A DNA stretch of 64,000 nucleotides from the NCBI GenBank assembly GCA_964016885.1, contig OZ024740.1, forward strand, positions 421,910,001 through 421,974,000, given 5' to 3'. This document shows, piece after piece, positions 27,225-40,127 of the stretch. The notes beneath the pieces are model-generated. The model made no database searches, had not been told where the DNA came from, and worked only from the letters and a program-made list of their open reading frames with translations. The DNA is from Eledone cirrhosa. Taxonomy: Eukaryota. The position numbers and the translations under genes are program-made. Position 1 is the stretch's first letter, and each line of letters starts with the position of its first letter.

Positions 27225-27330
27225 GTCTCTGATGATCTGATTAGGCTAGCGTCGTATTTGAAATTGAGTGGCATTGCTTCTAGTGTTCAACAATTTTTAG
27301 ACAACTTAATCAGCGAAACAATTGTTAGAC
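27225..27330 (+). ncRNA. Type-I hammerhead ribozyme motif with extended stem/loop II (HH5)
   Basis: GTCT-CTGATGA-T-CTGATTAGG..CTTAATCAG-C-GAAAC-AATT-GTT-AGAC, then AATAAA at 27335; stem I GTCT/AGAC, palindromic stem III ACAATTGT. Confidence 0.75.
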
Positions 27331-27409
27331 TGTAAATAAATCCCTTTTTTGTACTGTTGACCATGTTATTCTTCACTTTTTCAATATTATTACTCCAAGA
27401 TAAACTTAC

Positions 27410-27480
27410 ATAGGAATACAAGTGAAATCATAAACTCGCCATCTACGTAAACCTCTTGTTGAGTCAAACAACGCCGTACG
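27410..27480 (-). other. Candidate 71-nt exon of an unidentified gene
   Basis: TTTTAG acceptor and GTAAGT donor; two frames open (RTALFDSTRGLRRWRVYDFTCIP or VRRCLTQQEVYVDGEFMISLVFL); higher GC than the flanks. Confidence 0.4.
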
Positions 27481-27549
27481 CTAAAACTATCCATAATATG
27501 AAGTATTCACAACCTCTAACTGGATTACCTATAACAATATTTTGTTATC

Positions 27550-27585
<36 letters not shown>

Positions 27586-28427
27586 AGGCTTTCTGACAGG
27601 TATATTTACACTGGGTCAATTTTACTGACCCCGGTATTTATTGATCTGTAGTTATTGAATAACTAAATTATATTGTGTGACAGACTTATAGCAAACACAT
27701 AAACATAAACACTTGGATTCTTCTTCTTCTTCATAAAATAATGAAATAGTATACAATAATAAAATAAAAGATAAAATACAATAAAAGAAAATGAGAATGC
27801 ATACATGACAAGGATGCAGAGGGGGACTGGGCATTATCGAGGTGTGCTTAAAGTTTCATACAGTAGTTGTGGGCTGTGGTACAAATGTTTATATGACATA
27901 CATGGGGGCTGTTGGGCTAAGGCACTGGGTAGGAGCCTGCGCATGATGCAGGTCTTGATGCTTGTGGATAGGTGTGGGCCATGCGTGCGTGCACAAACAA
28001 GTTATATATATTTTCCAGTATTTTATTTTATTGTATACTATTTCATTATTTTACATTATGTGCATGCAGGTTTTTTTTTTTACATATGTGCCACCCACGC
28101 TATATGCGATTAGTGCTGCCGTAACATGTAGGCATATTGTGCAGACACCCTCGGACTCACACCGCCACGTGATCAGGTTGGGTCAAGGCCTCAAATGCGT
28201 TGTCTCATACAATACTGTGTGCACCATCTGCGCAGCGGCGCGCGGGGGGACGGATGGGGGTTACTCATCACATATATGCATCCGGTGCTGAGCACGCGGT
28301 ATGTATGTATGCCCACACAGACATGCATGAGCACAGGTGTGTGCATACATGGGTCGATGTATTTGTCTGAGCATGTGTACGTGGGGGTACGGATGACTTT
28401 CCATGGAGTTTTCTTTTCCCATCTGCC

Positions 28428-28434
28428 TATATAA
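28428..28434 (+). promoter_or_regulatory. TATA-box-like motif ending a CpG-rich segment, about 180 bp upstream of array 2
   Basis: CCTATATAAGTG in a GC-rich context. Confidence 0.3.
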
Positions 28435-28614
28435 GTGTGCGGCGTCTTGGCTACACACGCTACCCTGAGTCCAGTGTGTGAGTGTAGAATTGGGTCTATT
28501 TGTTGAAAACACCTTTGATATACCCCTCTGTTTCAATGGCTGTTGAAAGTTTTCTTATTAAAAACGTTTTTTTAAAAAAACGTTCTTGCTACAGGTTCTT
28601 TCTGTTTCTTTTTG

Positions 28615-31600
28615 AAATATGTATGGTGGAGTGTATCCTAAGGCTGTGTCCTACTAATGTTACACTAAATATGTATGGTGGAGTGTATCCTAAGGCTGTG
28701 TCCTACTAATGTTACACTAAATATGTATGGCGGAGTCTATCCTAAGGCTGTGTCCTACTAATGTTACACTAAATATGTATGGCGGAGTGTATCCTAAGGC
28801 TGTGTCCTACTAATGTTACACTAAATATGTATGGTGGAGTGTATCCTAAGGCTGTGTCCTACTAATGTTACACTAAATATGTATGGCGGAGTCTATCCTA
28901 AGGCTGTGTCCTACTAATGTTACACTAAATATGTATGGCGGAGTGTATCCTAAGGCTGTGTCCTACTAATGTTACACTAAATATGTATGGTGGAGTGTAT
29001 CCTAAGGCTGTGTCCTACTAATGTTACACTAAATATGTATGGCGGAGTGTATCCTACTAATGTTACACTAAATATGTATGGTGGAGTGTATCCTAAGGCT
29101 GTGTCCTACTAATGTTACACTAAATATGTATGGTGGAGTGTATCCTAAGGCTGTGTCCTACTAATGTTACACTAAATATGTATGGCGGAGTGTATCCTAC
29201 TAATGTTACACTAAATATGTATGGTGGAGTGTATCCTACTAATGTTACACTAAATATGTATGGTGGAGTGTATCCTAAGGCTGTGTCCTACTAATGTTAC
29301 ACTAAATATGTATGGCGGAGTGTATCCTACTAATGTTACACTAAATATGTATGGTGGAGTGTATCCTAAGGCTGTGTCCTACTAATGTTACACTAAATAT
29401 GTATGGTGGAGTGTATCCTACTAATGTTACACTAAATATGTATGGTGGAGTGTATCCTAAGGCTGTGTCCTACTAATGTTACACTAAATATGTATGGTGG
29501 AGTGTATCCTAAGGCTGTGTCCTTCTAATGTTACACTAAATATGTATGGTGGAGTGTATCCTAAGGCTGTGTCCTACTAATGTTACACTAAATATGTATG
29601 GTGGAGTGTATCCTAAGGCTGTGTCCTACTAATGTTACACTAAGTATGTATGGTGGAGTCTATCCTAAGGCTGTGTCCTACTAATGTTACACTAAATATG
29701 TATGGTGGAGTGTATCCTAAGGCTGTGTCCTTCTAATGTTACACTAAATATGTATGGCGGAGTGTATCCTAAGGCTGTGTCCTACTAATGTTACACTAAA
29801 TATGTATGGCGGAGTGTATCCTAAGGCTGTGTCCTACTAATGTTACACTAAATATGTATGGTGGAGTGTATCCTAAGGCTGTGTCCTACTAATGTTACAC
29901 TAAGTATGTATGGTGGAGTCTATCCTAAGGCTGTGTCCTACTAATGTTACACTAAATATGTATGGTGGAGTGTATCCTAAGGCTGTGTCCTTCTAATGTT
30001 ACACTAAATATGTATGGCGGAGTGTATCCTAAGGCTGTATCCTACTAATGTTACACTAAATATGTATGGTGGAGTGTATCCTAAGGCTGTGTCCTACTAA
30101 TGTTACACTAAATATGTATGGCGGAGTGTATCCTAAGGCTGTGTCCTACTAATGTTACACTAAATATGTATGGTGGAGTGTATCCTAAGGCTGTGTCCTT
30201 CTAATGTTACACTAAACATGTATGGCGGAGTGTATCCTAAGGCTGTGTCCTACTAATGTTACACTAAATATGTATGGTGGAGTGTATCCTAAGGCTGTGT
30301 CCTACTAATGTTACACTAAATATGTATGGTGGAGTGTATCCTAAGGCTGTGTCCTACTAATGTTACACTAAATATGTATGGTGGAGTGTATCCTAAGGCT
30401 GTGTCCTACTAATGTTACACTAAATATGTATGGCGGAGTGTATCCTACTAATGTTACACTAAATATGTATGGTGGAGTGTATCCTACTAATGTTACACTA
30501 AATATGTATGGTGGAGTGTATCCTAAGGCTGTGTCCTACTAATGTTACACTAAATATGTATGGCGGAGTGTATCCTACTAATGTTACACTAAATATGTAT
30601 GGTGGAGTGTATCCTAAGGCTGTGTCCTTCTAATGTTACACTAAATATGTATGGTGGAGTGTATCCTAAGGCTGTGTCCTACTAATGTTACACTAAATAT
30701 GTATGGTGGAGTGTATCCTAAGGCTGTGTCCTACTAATGTTACACTAAGTATGTATGGTGGAGTCTATCCTAAGGCTGTGTCCTACTAATGTTACACTAA
30801 ATATGTATGGTGGAGTGTATCCTAAGGCTGTGTCCTTCTAATGTTACACTAAATATGTATGGCGGAGTATATCCTAAGGCTGTGTCCTACTAATGTTACA
30901 CTAAATATGTATGGTGGAGTGTATCCTAAGGCTGTGTCCTACTAATGTTACACTAAATATGTATGGCGGAGTGTATCCTAAGGCTGTGTCCTACTAATGT
31001 TACACTAAATATGTATGGTGGAGTGTATCCTAAGGCTGTGTCCTTCTAATGTTACACTAAACATGTATGGCGGAGTGTATCCTAAGGCTGTGTCCTACTA
31101 ATGTTACACTAAATATGTATGGTGGAGTGTATCCTAAGGCTGTGTCCTACTAATGTTACACTAAATATGTATGGCGGAGTGTATCCTAAGGCTGTGTCCT
31201 ACTAATGTTACACTAAATATGTATGGCGGAGTGTATCCTAAGGCTGTGTCCTACTAATGTTACACTAAATATGTATGGTGGAGTGTATCCTAAGGCTGTG
31301 TCCTACTAATGTTACACTAAGTATGTATGGTGGAGTCTATCCTAAGGCTGTGTCCTACTAATGTTACACTAAGTATGTATGGCGGAGTGTATCCTAAGGC
31401 TGTGTCCTACTAATGTTACACTAAATATGTATGGTGGAGTCTATCCTAAGGCTGTGTCCTACTAATGTTACACTAAATATGTATGGCGGAGTGTATCCTA
31501 AGGCTGTGTCCTACTAATGTTACACTAAATATGTATGGTGGAGTGTATCCTAAGGCTGTGTCCTACTAATGTTACACTAAATATGTATGGTGGAGTGTAT

Positions 31601-34288
31601 CCTAAGGCTGTGTCCTACTAATGTTACACTAAATATGTATGGTGGAGTGTATCCTAAGGCTGTGTCCTACTAATGTTACACTAAATATGTATGGCGGAGT
31701 CTATCCTAAGGCTGTGTCCTACTAATGTTACACTAAATATGTATGGCGGAGTGTATCCTAAGGCTGTGTCCTACTAATGTTACACTAAATATGTATGGTG
31801 GAGTGTATCCTAAGGCTGTGTCCTACTAATGTTACACTAAATATGTATGGTGGAGTGTATCCTACTAATGTTACACTAAATATGTATGGTGGAGTGTATC
31901 CTAAGGCTGTGTCCTACTAATGTTACACTAAATATGTATGGTGGAGTGTATCCTAAGGCTGTGTCCTTCTAATGTTACACTAAATATGTATGGTGGAGTG
32001 TATCCTAAGGCTGTGTCCTACTAATGTTACACTAAATATGTATGGTGGAGTGTATCCTAAGGCTGTGTCCTACTAATGTTACACTAAGTATGTATGGTGG
32101 AGTCTATCCTAAGGCTGTGTCCTACTAATGTTACACTAAATATGTATGGTGGAGTGTATCCTAAGGCTGTGTCCTTCTAATGTTACACTAAATATGTATG
32201 GCGGAGTGTATCCTAAGGCTGTGTCCTACTAATGTTACACTAAATATGTATGGCGGAGTGTATCCTAAGGCTGTGTCCTACTAATGTTACACTAAATATG
32301 TATGGTGGAGTGTATCCTAAGGCTGTGTCCTACTAATGTTACACTAAGTATGTATGGTGGAGTCTATCCTAAGGCTGTGTCCTACTAATGTTACACTAAA
32401 TATGTATGGTGGAGTGTATCCTAAGGCTGTGTCCTTCTAATGTTACACTAAATATGTATGGCGGAGTGTATCCTAAGGCTGTATCCTACTAATGTTACAC
32501 TAAATATGTATGGTGGAGTGTATCCTAAGGCTGTGTCCTACTAATGTTACACTAAATATGTATGGCGGAGTGTATCCTAAGGCTGTGTCCTACTAATGTT
32601 ACACTAAATATGTATGGTGGAGTGTATCCTAAGGCTGTGTCCTTCTAATGTTACACTAAACATGTATGGCGGAGTGTATCCTAAGGCTGTGTCCTACTAA
32701 TGTTACACTAAATATGTATGGTGGAGTGTATCCTAAGGCTGTGTCCTACTAATGTTACACTAAATATGTATGGTGGAGTGTATCCTAAGGCTGTGTCCTA
32801 CTAATGTTACACTAAATATGTATGGTGGAGTGTATCCTAAGGCTGTGTCCTACTAATGTTACACTAAATATGTATGGCGGAGTGTATCCTACTAATGTTA
32901 CACTAAATATGTATGGTGGAGTGTATCCTACTAATGTTACACTAAATATGTATGGTGGAGTGTATCCTAAGGCTGTGTCCTACTAATGTTACACTAAATA
33001 TGTATGGCGGAGTGTATCCTACTAATGTTACACTAAATATGTATGGTGGAGTGTATCCTAAGGCTGTGTCCTTCTAATGTTACACTAAATATGTATGGTG
33101 GAGTGTATCCTAAGGCTGTGTCCTACTAATGTTACACTAAATATGTATGGTGGAGTGTATCCTAAGGCTGTGTCCTACTAATGTTACACTAAGTATGTAT
33201 GGTGGAGTCTATCCTAAGGCTGTGTCCTACTAATGTTACACTAAATATGTATGGTGGAGTGTATCCTAAGGCTGTGTCCTTCTAATGTTACACTAAATAT
33301 GTATGGCGGAGTATATCCTAAGGCTGTGTCCTACTAATGTTACACTAAATATGTATGGTGGAGTGTATCCTAAGGCTGTGTCCTACTAATGTTACACTAA
33401 ATATGTATGGCGGAGTGTATCCTAAGGCTGTGTCCTACTAATGTTACACTAAATATGTATGGTGGAGTGTATCCTAAGGCTGTGTCCTTCTAATGTTACA
33501 CTAAACATGTATGGCGGAGTGTATCCTAAGGCTGTGTCCTACTAATGTTACACTAAATATGTATGGTGGAGTGTATCCTAAGGCTGTGTCCTACTAATGT
33601 TACACTAAATATGTATGGCGGAGTGTATCCTAAGGCTGTGTCCTACTAATGTTACACTAAATATGTATGGCGGAGTGTATCCTAAGGCTGTGTCCTACTA
33701 ATGTTACACTAAATATGTATGGTGGAGTGTATCCTAAGGCTGTGTCCTACTAATGTTACACTAAGTATGTATGGTGGAGTCTATCCTAAGGCTGTGTCCT
33801 ACTAATGTTACACTAAGTATGTATGGCGGAGTGTATCCTAAGGCTGTGTCCTACTAATGTTACACTAAATATGTATGGTGGAGTCTATCCTAAGGCTGTG
33901 TCCTACTAATGTTACACTAAATATGTATGGCGGAGTGTATCCTAAGGCTGTGTCCTACTAATGTTACACTAAATATGTATGGTGGAGTGTATCCTAAGGC
34001 TGTGTCCTACTAATGTTACACTAAATATGTATGGTGGAGTGTATCCTAAGGCTGTGTCCTACTAATGTTACACTAAATATGTATGGTGGAGTGTATCCTA
34101 AGGCTGTGTCCTACTAATGTTACACTAAATATGTATGGCGGAGTCTATCCTAAGGCTGTGTCCTACTAATGTTACACTAAATATGTATGGCGGAGTGTAT
34201 CCTAAGGCTGTGTCCTACTAATGTTACACTAAATATGTATGGCGGAGTGTATCCTAAGGCTGTGTCCTACTAATGTTATGCTAAATAT
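28615..34288. repeat. Satellite array 2, 52-bp unit AAATATGTATGG(T/C)GGAGTGTATCCTAAGGCTGTGTCCTACTAATGTTACACT with a 39-bp deletion variant, about 110 copies
   Basis: Direct periodicity; rare variants recur at a 2444-bp offset (30031 vs 32475; 30861 vs 33305). Confidence 0.98.
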
Positions 34289-34829
34289 CCCCATGATTTT
34301 TTTGATTTTTTTAAATACCCGCAAAACATTATTTATGATGAATGCCGCATACAGCATAATTGCGGGTGTGTACCTGACCGCTGTAGACTAAGGTCCCTAG
34401 AGACAATGAAGACGTCAAAGTGATGTCAGCCGTTCAAGATTTCAGCCCCTCTCCCACCACAGTAGTAATTCTGATATTTTGATTGACAGGTGGAGAACGA
34501 GAGGAAGCAAGAAGTTGGCAACAATGAGTGGCTGAAATACCGGTGACGTGTACAATTCTTGACCACTCATAGAATGACAACAACAAGATCTAAATCAACA
34601 AACGAAGAAATTCGATGTTAAAGGACTATAGGAAAATCTGCTTCGTAGAATCAAGACGTATCCGACGACCGCGCGATTTCAGAGTCAGGTTTGATCACCA
34701 TATCGATCGTGCCTCGAGCTGATCGCCCGAGAAACATTTGTAATATGTCCAATAAATTCCTTTCGTCGCAACACTGATTCTCTTTTTTCTGTGATATCAT
34801 ACTCTGCTCTACGAGGGCATTGAGAGCTT

Positions 34830-34893
34830 ATAAGACCCGTCCCACCCTTGCAAGCAGGGAAAAGCGGACGTAAAATGATGATGATGATGATGA
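34830..34893 (+). mobile_element. RTE/SINE 3' tail fragment
   Basis: ATAAGACCCGTCCC..GGACGTAAAATGATGATG. Confidence 0.8.
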
Positions 34894-34894
34894 T

Positions 34895-35414
34895 ATCATC
34901 ATCATCAATGTTTAATGCCTATCTTCCACGCTAGCATGGGTTAGACAGGATTTGTCCCACTTGAGGCAAGATTGGTCGGGTGACTGTGTCTCGCTCGTAT
35001 AGGACTGTCTGGCATGTTTTCTACAGCTTGATGCCCTTCCTAACACCAACCATATTTACAGTGTGGGCTGGAAGGTTTTTACCGTGTTACCTACACAGCC
35101 ACATTACAGCGTGGATTGTGTGTTTTTTTGTCGTGACACCTACACGACCTCATTTATTTGGACTGGATGTTGTGGTACCAACATAACTTTATAGAGAAAG
35201 GGTGGTGTTGGTAGGAGTGGGAGGATGGAGTAGGGGTAGTGGGTTGGGGTGCATATTTGGTTAAGAGGTGCCTACTGACTAGGTTTCGCTTTGTGCATAA
35301 ATAGGCAAGGCGAGTCTTCTGTATTACTGCGTGGCACCAAAGATCTCGGTCCAGTGACATTGTCTTAGAGAGGTGCAAGTGTGTAAAGTCGGAATTTATC
35401 AAATCGTCCCAGGT
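34895..35414 (-). mobile_element. RTE LINE 3' fragment
   Basis: Encodes INSDFTHLHLSKTMSLDRDLW plus 3'UTR and tail. Confidence 0.9.
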
Positions 35415-38263
35415 TCATCATCATCATCAACGTTTAACGTCCGTGTTCCACGCTTGCATGGGTTTGGACGGGGGTAGTCCCACTTGAGGCAAGAGTGATT
35501 GTCTTGCTCGCATAGGACTGTCTGGCAGGTTTTCTACAGTTGGATGCCCTTCCTAACACCAACCACATTTACAGTGTGGGTCTGGGAGGTTTTTACCGTG
35601 TTGCCTACACGGCCACATTACAGCGTGGACTGTGTGTTTTTTTGTCGTGACACCTACACGATCTCATTTGTTTCGGCCTCGATGGCGCGGCACCAACATA
35701 ACTTTACATAGAACGGGGTGGTGTGGATGGGGTGGGGGTGGGGGTGGTGGGACGGGGTGTATTTTGTTAGAGATGCCTACTGGCTGGAGTAGGTTTTACT
35801 ATATATTTAGGTAAGGCGGGTCTTCTCTGTTACTGAGTACCGCCAAAGGTCTCGGTCCAGTGACATTGTCTTGGAGAGGTGTAAGTGTGTGATGTTGGAG
35901 TTTATCAGCTCGTCCCAGGTTTTTCTAGGTCTGCCTATTCCGTGACTACCGTCTATCTTTATTGCCCTGCACTTTGTTATACAGCTATCGACTTTCATGC
36001 GCATCACGTGTCCATACCAACGTAGCCTTCTCTCGAGTAAACAACATCTGATCCCTCTTATCTCTAAGAGGGATCTGATGTTCACGTATATTACTGCCGT
36101 TCACGTATATTACTGTTACACATCCAGCGGAGCATGCAAGCTTCGTTCCTCTCTAGTCTGCGTATATCCTCTGCACACAATGCCCAGGTCTCACTGCCAT
36201 GCAGCATTGCTGTTCGTATGCAGGCATCGTACAACCTGCCTTTCATTTTTAGTGAGAACCCTTTAGCAGCTAATAGTGGTATAAGCTCTCTGAACTTTTT
36301 CCAACCAGTTCTGACTCTAGCTACAGTACTTTCAGAGCACCCTCCCCCACTGCTGATTTTATCGCCCAGGTAACGGAAGCTGTCCACTATTTCTATAGAA
36401 CCCTCTGCGCAATTGAAAGAGCTAGTATTTTGTGGGCACTTGCTGCTACTTATTGCACCAGAGCACCGGCCACATGTAAAATCTATGTTCTTAGTTAGCT
36501 TACCTGTGATCCCACTACATCTTTTATGCACCCATACTTTGCATTTAGGACATAAAATGGAGTTTCTACCTACGCCTTTCCTACACACCGAGCACGACCA
36601 TTTCCCAGAAGGGACCGCCGCCTTGTTTTCTTTCCTACAAACTAGTACTTTGGTCTTAGCCAGGTTAATTTTAAGTCCTTTTGACTCTAGGCCGTGCTTC
36701 CATGTTTGGAATTTCTTCTCTAGCTCGGCCATTGATTCCGCTATGAGTGTCAGGTCGTCTGCGTATAGGAGTTCCCATGGGCAGCCTGTCTTGAACTCCT
36801 CTGTTATAGCCTGAAGGGCAATAATAAATAGTAGTGGGCTGAGAACAGAGCCCTGATGGACGCCAACTTTTACGCTAAACTCTTCACTATATTCGTTGTT
36901 AATTCTAACCTTGCTGTTTCTTTATACATGGCTTGTATAGCCCTCACAAGCCATTCGTCAACGCCTAGTTTTCTAAGAGCCCACCAGATAATGGAGCGGG
37001 GGACTCTGTCGAAGGCTTTCTCCAAGTCGACAAAAGCTAAGTAGAGGGGTTTACCTTTAGCTAGGTACTTCTCCTGTAGTTGTCGTACTATGAAAAGAGC
37101 GTCTGTGGTACTTTTGCCTGACACAAACCCGAACTGCATTTCATCTAGGTCAATTCTCTCTCTGATTAGTTGCGCTATTACTTTTTCCGTGACCTTCATG
37201 ACCTGGTCGATTAATTTAATGCCTCTATAGTTACTCCTATCTAGGGCGTCTCCTTTACCCTTATAACAGTTAACGATGATGCTGCTATGCCAGTCCTTCG
37301 GAACAACCCCATTCTGTACGACTTGGTTAACTATGCGGGTGACAATGGTGTGTCCCACCGTGCCAGATGCCTTCAGCATCTCAGCAACTATTTCCGAAGG
37401 CCCAGCCGCCTTACCCGTCTTCATATCCTTGATTGCCTTACTTATTATACTCCCCTCGACTAACACTGCTGGTCCCTCTATTGGGTCGATATGGGGGAGA
37501 CTGTCTTTCTCCCATTTATTCTCCTCATTTAGTAGCCTTTCATAGTGACACTTCCAAGCTACCTTCTTATCAGCGTCGGTGATGGCAAGTGTGCCATCGT
37601 CGTTTAGTACACACTTCTCCCCGACAATATCACGATTTTCCTTGACGCATTGCCTAGCAATCCTGAACACCTCACGTTTTTGGTCATCGCGTTGTAGAAC
37701 ATGCTTGAACTTTCTTTCCTCAGCTTCCCTTCTTGCTAAGTACACTTGTCTCCTAGCTTCCCTCCTGGCCACTTGATAGTCCTCTCTACTTCCCCCATCC
37801 CGCCATACTTTCCAAACCTGCTTTTTGGCCTTAATTGACCCCTCCACCTTACTGTTCCACCACCATGTTACTCTCCTCCTGCCTACAGGCCTGCTCCAGC
37901 CACAGACTTCGTCTGTTGCCAACAGCAGGTTTGCTTTCAGAAATTCCCACTCTCCCTCTATATTGTCCGACTCTAAATGTTCTTCCTTACTGTCGAAAGC
38001 ATCAAGTAATATGCTTTGAAATTTATTCCTGGCTGTGGGGTCCTTTAGCCTCCATATTTTTCTCCTGAGGATAGTCCTCTTCTGCTGTCGAGTACGTCTC
38101 GTCCTGACTATGAGGTCGCTAATTATCAGTCTATGTTGGGAGGTGCATTCTTCATGGGGGAGGGATTTAGTGTTTACAACAGACACTCTGTCACCTCTTC
38201 TGGTAAGGATATAATCTAGCTGGCTTGTGTGTTCCCCGGATCTATAGGTGATCAGGTGATTGT

Positions 38264-38264
<1 letters not shown>
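35415..38264 (-). mobile_element. RTE-clade LINE copy B, 5'-truncated, frameshifted near 36915 and 36070
   Basis: ORFs 36870-38342, 36091-36732 and 35807-36085 carry the end of APE (QLDYIL), RT motifs and the PHD insert. Confidence 0.97.
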
Positions 38265-38300
<36 letters not shown>

Positions 38301-38332
38301 TATGTATATATATATATACATATACATTTTTA

Positions 38333-38641
38333 TCATCATCATTTAACGTCCGCTTTTCCCTGCTTGCAAGGGTGGGACGGGAACTGATTCTGGCTGGATT
38401 TCTACAGCTGGATGCCCTTCCTAACACCAACCTCATTTACAGTGAGTGCTGGGTGATTTTTTTTGCCGTGGCACCTCCACAACCACTTTGCAGTGGAATG
38501 ATAGGGACTATCAGAGTAAACTGGAGCAATGTGAAATAAAGTGTCTTGCTCAAGGAAACAACACATCACCCGGTCTGAGAATTGAACTCACAACCTTTCG
38601 ATTGCAAGGCCAATGCTCTAACCACTAAGCCATGTGCCTCC
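38333..38641 (-). mobile_element. SINE family 1 copy
   Basis: Reverse complement of the 14367 copy; flanked by (TA)n. Confidence 0.88.
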
Positions 38642-38809
38642 ATATATATATCTAAACTACCAATTCAATTAGTTTCTATTTACAGAAATCACAATTTATG
38701 TTATAATGATGTAAATAAATTTTTAATGTTTAAAAAATACAATAGTATTTTTCCCTTCAGTAAATAACTTTGTTAGTTTTATTATTTTAATTTTTTTTAG
38801 TCACTATTC

Positions 38810-38953
38810 TGTTTATAAATTGTGATGATTGTTTTATTTTGTTTATAAATTGTGATGTTTGTTTTTTTATTTTGTTTATAAATTGTGATGTTTGTTTTTT
38901 TATTTTGTTTATAAATTGTGATTTTTGTTTTATTTTGTTTATAAATTGTGATG
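38810..38953. repeat. Minisatellite, about 30-33 bp unit TGTTTATAAATTGTGA.., 5 copies
   Basis: Seen directly. Confidence 0.85.
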
Positions 38954-39014
38954 GGATTTTTTTAAGAAATAAAATATGTAGGAAGAATTTTTTTTAAATA
39001 ATGAAAATAACAGA

Positions 39015-39406
39015 AAAGAAGAAAAAGAGAATTGAATGAGGGAAAGAGGAGTGAAAGAGAATTGAAAGAGGGAAAGAAAAGTGAAAGAGAATTGAAAGAG
39101 GGAAAGAAAAGTGAAAGAGAATTGAAAGAGAAGGGAAAGAGAATTGAAAGAGGAGGGAAAGAGGGGAAGAAGAGGGGGAAAGGGAAAGAGAGGGGAAAGA
39201 GAGGAGAAGGAGAGGGGAAAGAGGAGGGAAGGAGAGGGGAAAGAGGAGGGAAAGAGGGGAAGGAGAGGGGAAAGAGAGGGGAAAGAGAAGGGAAAGAGAA
39301 GGGAAAGAGAAGGGAAAGAAGAGGGAAAGAGAGGGGAAAGAGAGGGGAAGGAGAGGGGAAAGAGAAGGGAAAGAGAAGGGAAAGAGAAGTGAAAGAGAAG
39401 TGAAAG
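39015..39406. repeat. Polypurine (GA-rich) low-complexity tract
   Basis: Seen directly. Confidence 0.92.
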
Positions 39407-39412
39407 ACTTAC

Positions 39413-39467
39413 CTTTGGTTTCATCCTGATTTGAAAGTTTTGATCGGTTTTCCATTATCGATAAAAT
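39413..39467 (-). other. Candidate 55-nt exon, possibly holding a start codon (MENRSKLSNQDETK, phase 1)
   Basis: Strong acceptor ATTTTCAG and donor AAG|GTAAGT; ATAATGG Kozak-like context at 39455. Confidence 0.5.
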
Positions 39468-40127
39468 CTGAAAATAATTAAAGGATTGTATAAACGAAGG
39501 GACCAAATTGCTGATTTAAAACAGTAAAATTGACTTCAACTAATTAAAATTATATGAATATAAAACAATAATTTATCACCTAACAAATTTCTGTTAATAA
39601 ATAGACTGACAGAACAGAAATTCATATATACAATTTAAAAATTCTTGAATGAAAATTACCTAACCAATTCAATCACGTGCTTTGCATTACATCTCACATA
39701 ACATATACCTATTTTATCACCACATGTCTCCCTGCCATATAGCACGCCATTTTAAACATTTCTAACACTTGTAACATGCTTTTACATTCTACACGAAATA
39801 TGCTTATTTCAGCTGTAATATAACTCTTTCCTCATACATGCCTTATTGATTGTATTGACTCTTGCATTATATACCCTTAACATTATCTGATTTCCAATGC
39901 TATGATATCTTATGTCTATCCTATCTTACATTTTTTCTTGCTTGTAACTTTTTTTGCTTGTACCTTTTGCACCTTTCACTATTGCTCCTTGTAATTGTGT
40001 TCTCTGAAGCATAACATTCTTTTAACTCCCGATTCTCTACATGATGTCTAAGACACTGACAACATTTATGTATCTACCTAAATGTTCTGAAGACTAGGAT
40101 TTTAATCACCTGTTTAAGCATTCCCTA

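Larger units (their letters stand above)
27548..34829 (+). mobile_element. Possible non-autonomous Helitron-like element enclosing the 52-bp array
   Basis: A|TC start followed by TTATATA..TAAA; subterminal GGGTCA..TGACCC; 3' hairpin GCTCT-ACG-AGGGC about 10 nt before a CT end; canonical CTAG absent. Confidence 0.35.

Noticed and set aside
28615-34288. TACTAAT branch-point-like motif in each 52-bp unit
   Set aside because: No accompanying polypyrimidine tract/AG; such a 7-mer is unremarkable in an AT-rich unit.
34616-34774. Solo-LTR-like segment (TGTT..AATAAA..AACA)
   Set aside because: Very short, with no matching target-site duplication, PBS or second copy.
38939-39506. Lys/Glu/Gly-rich and Phe/Pro/Ser-rich ORFs
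   Set aside because: Translations of a polypurine tract; only the 55-nt exon candidate is retained.
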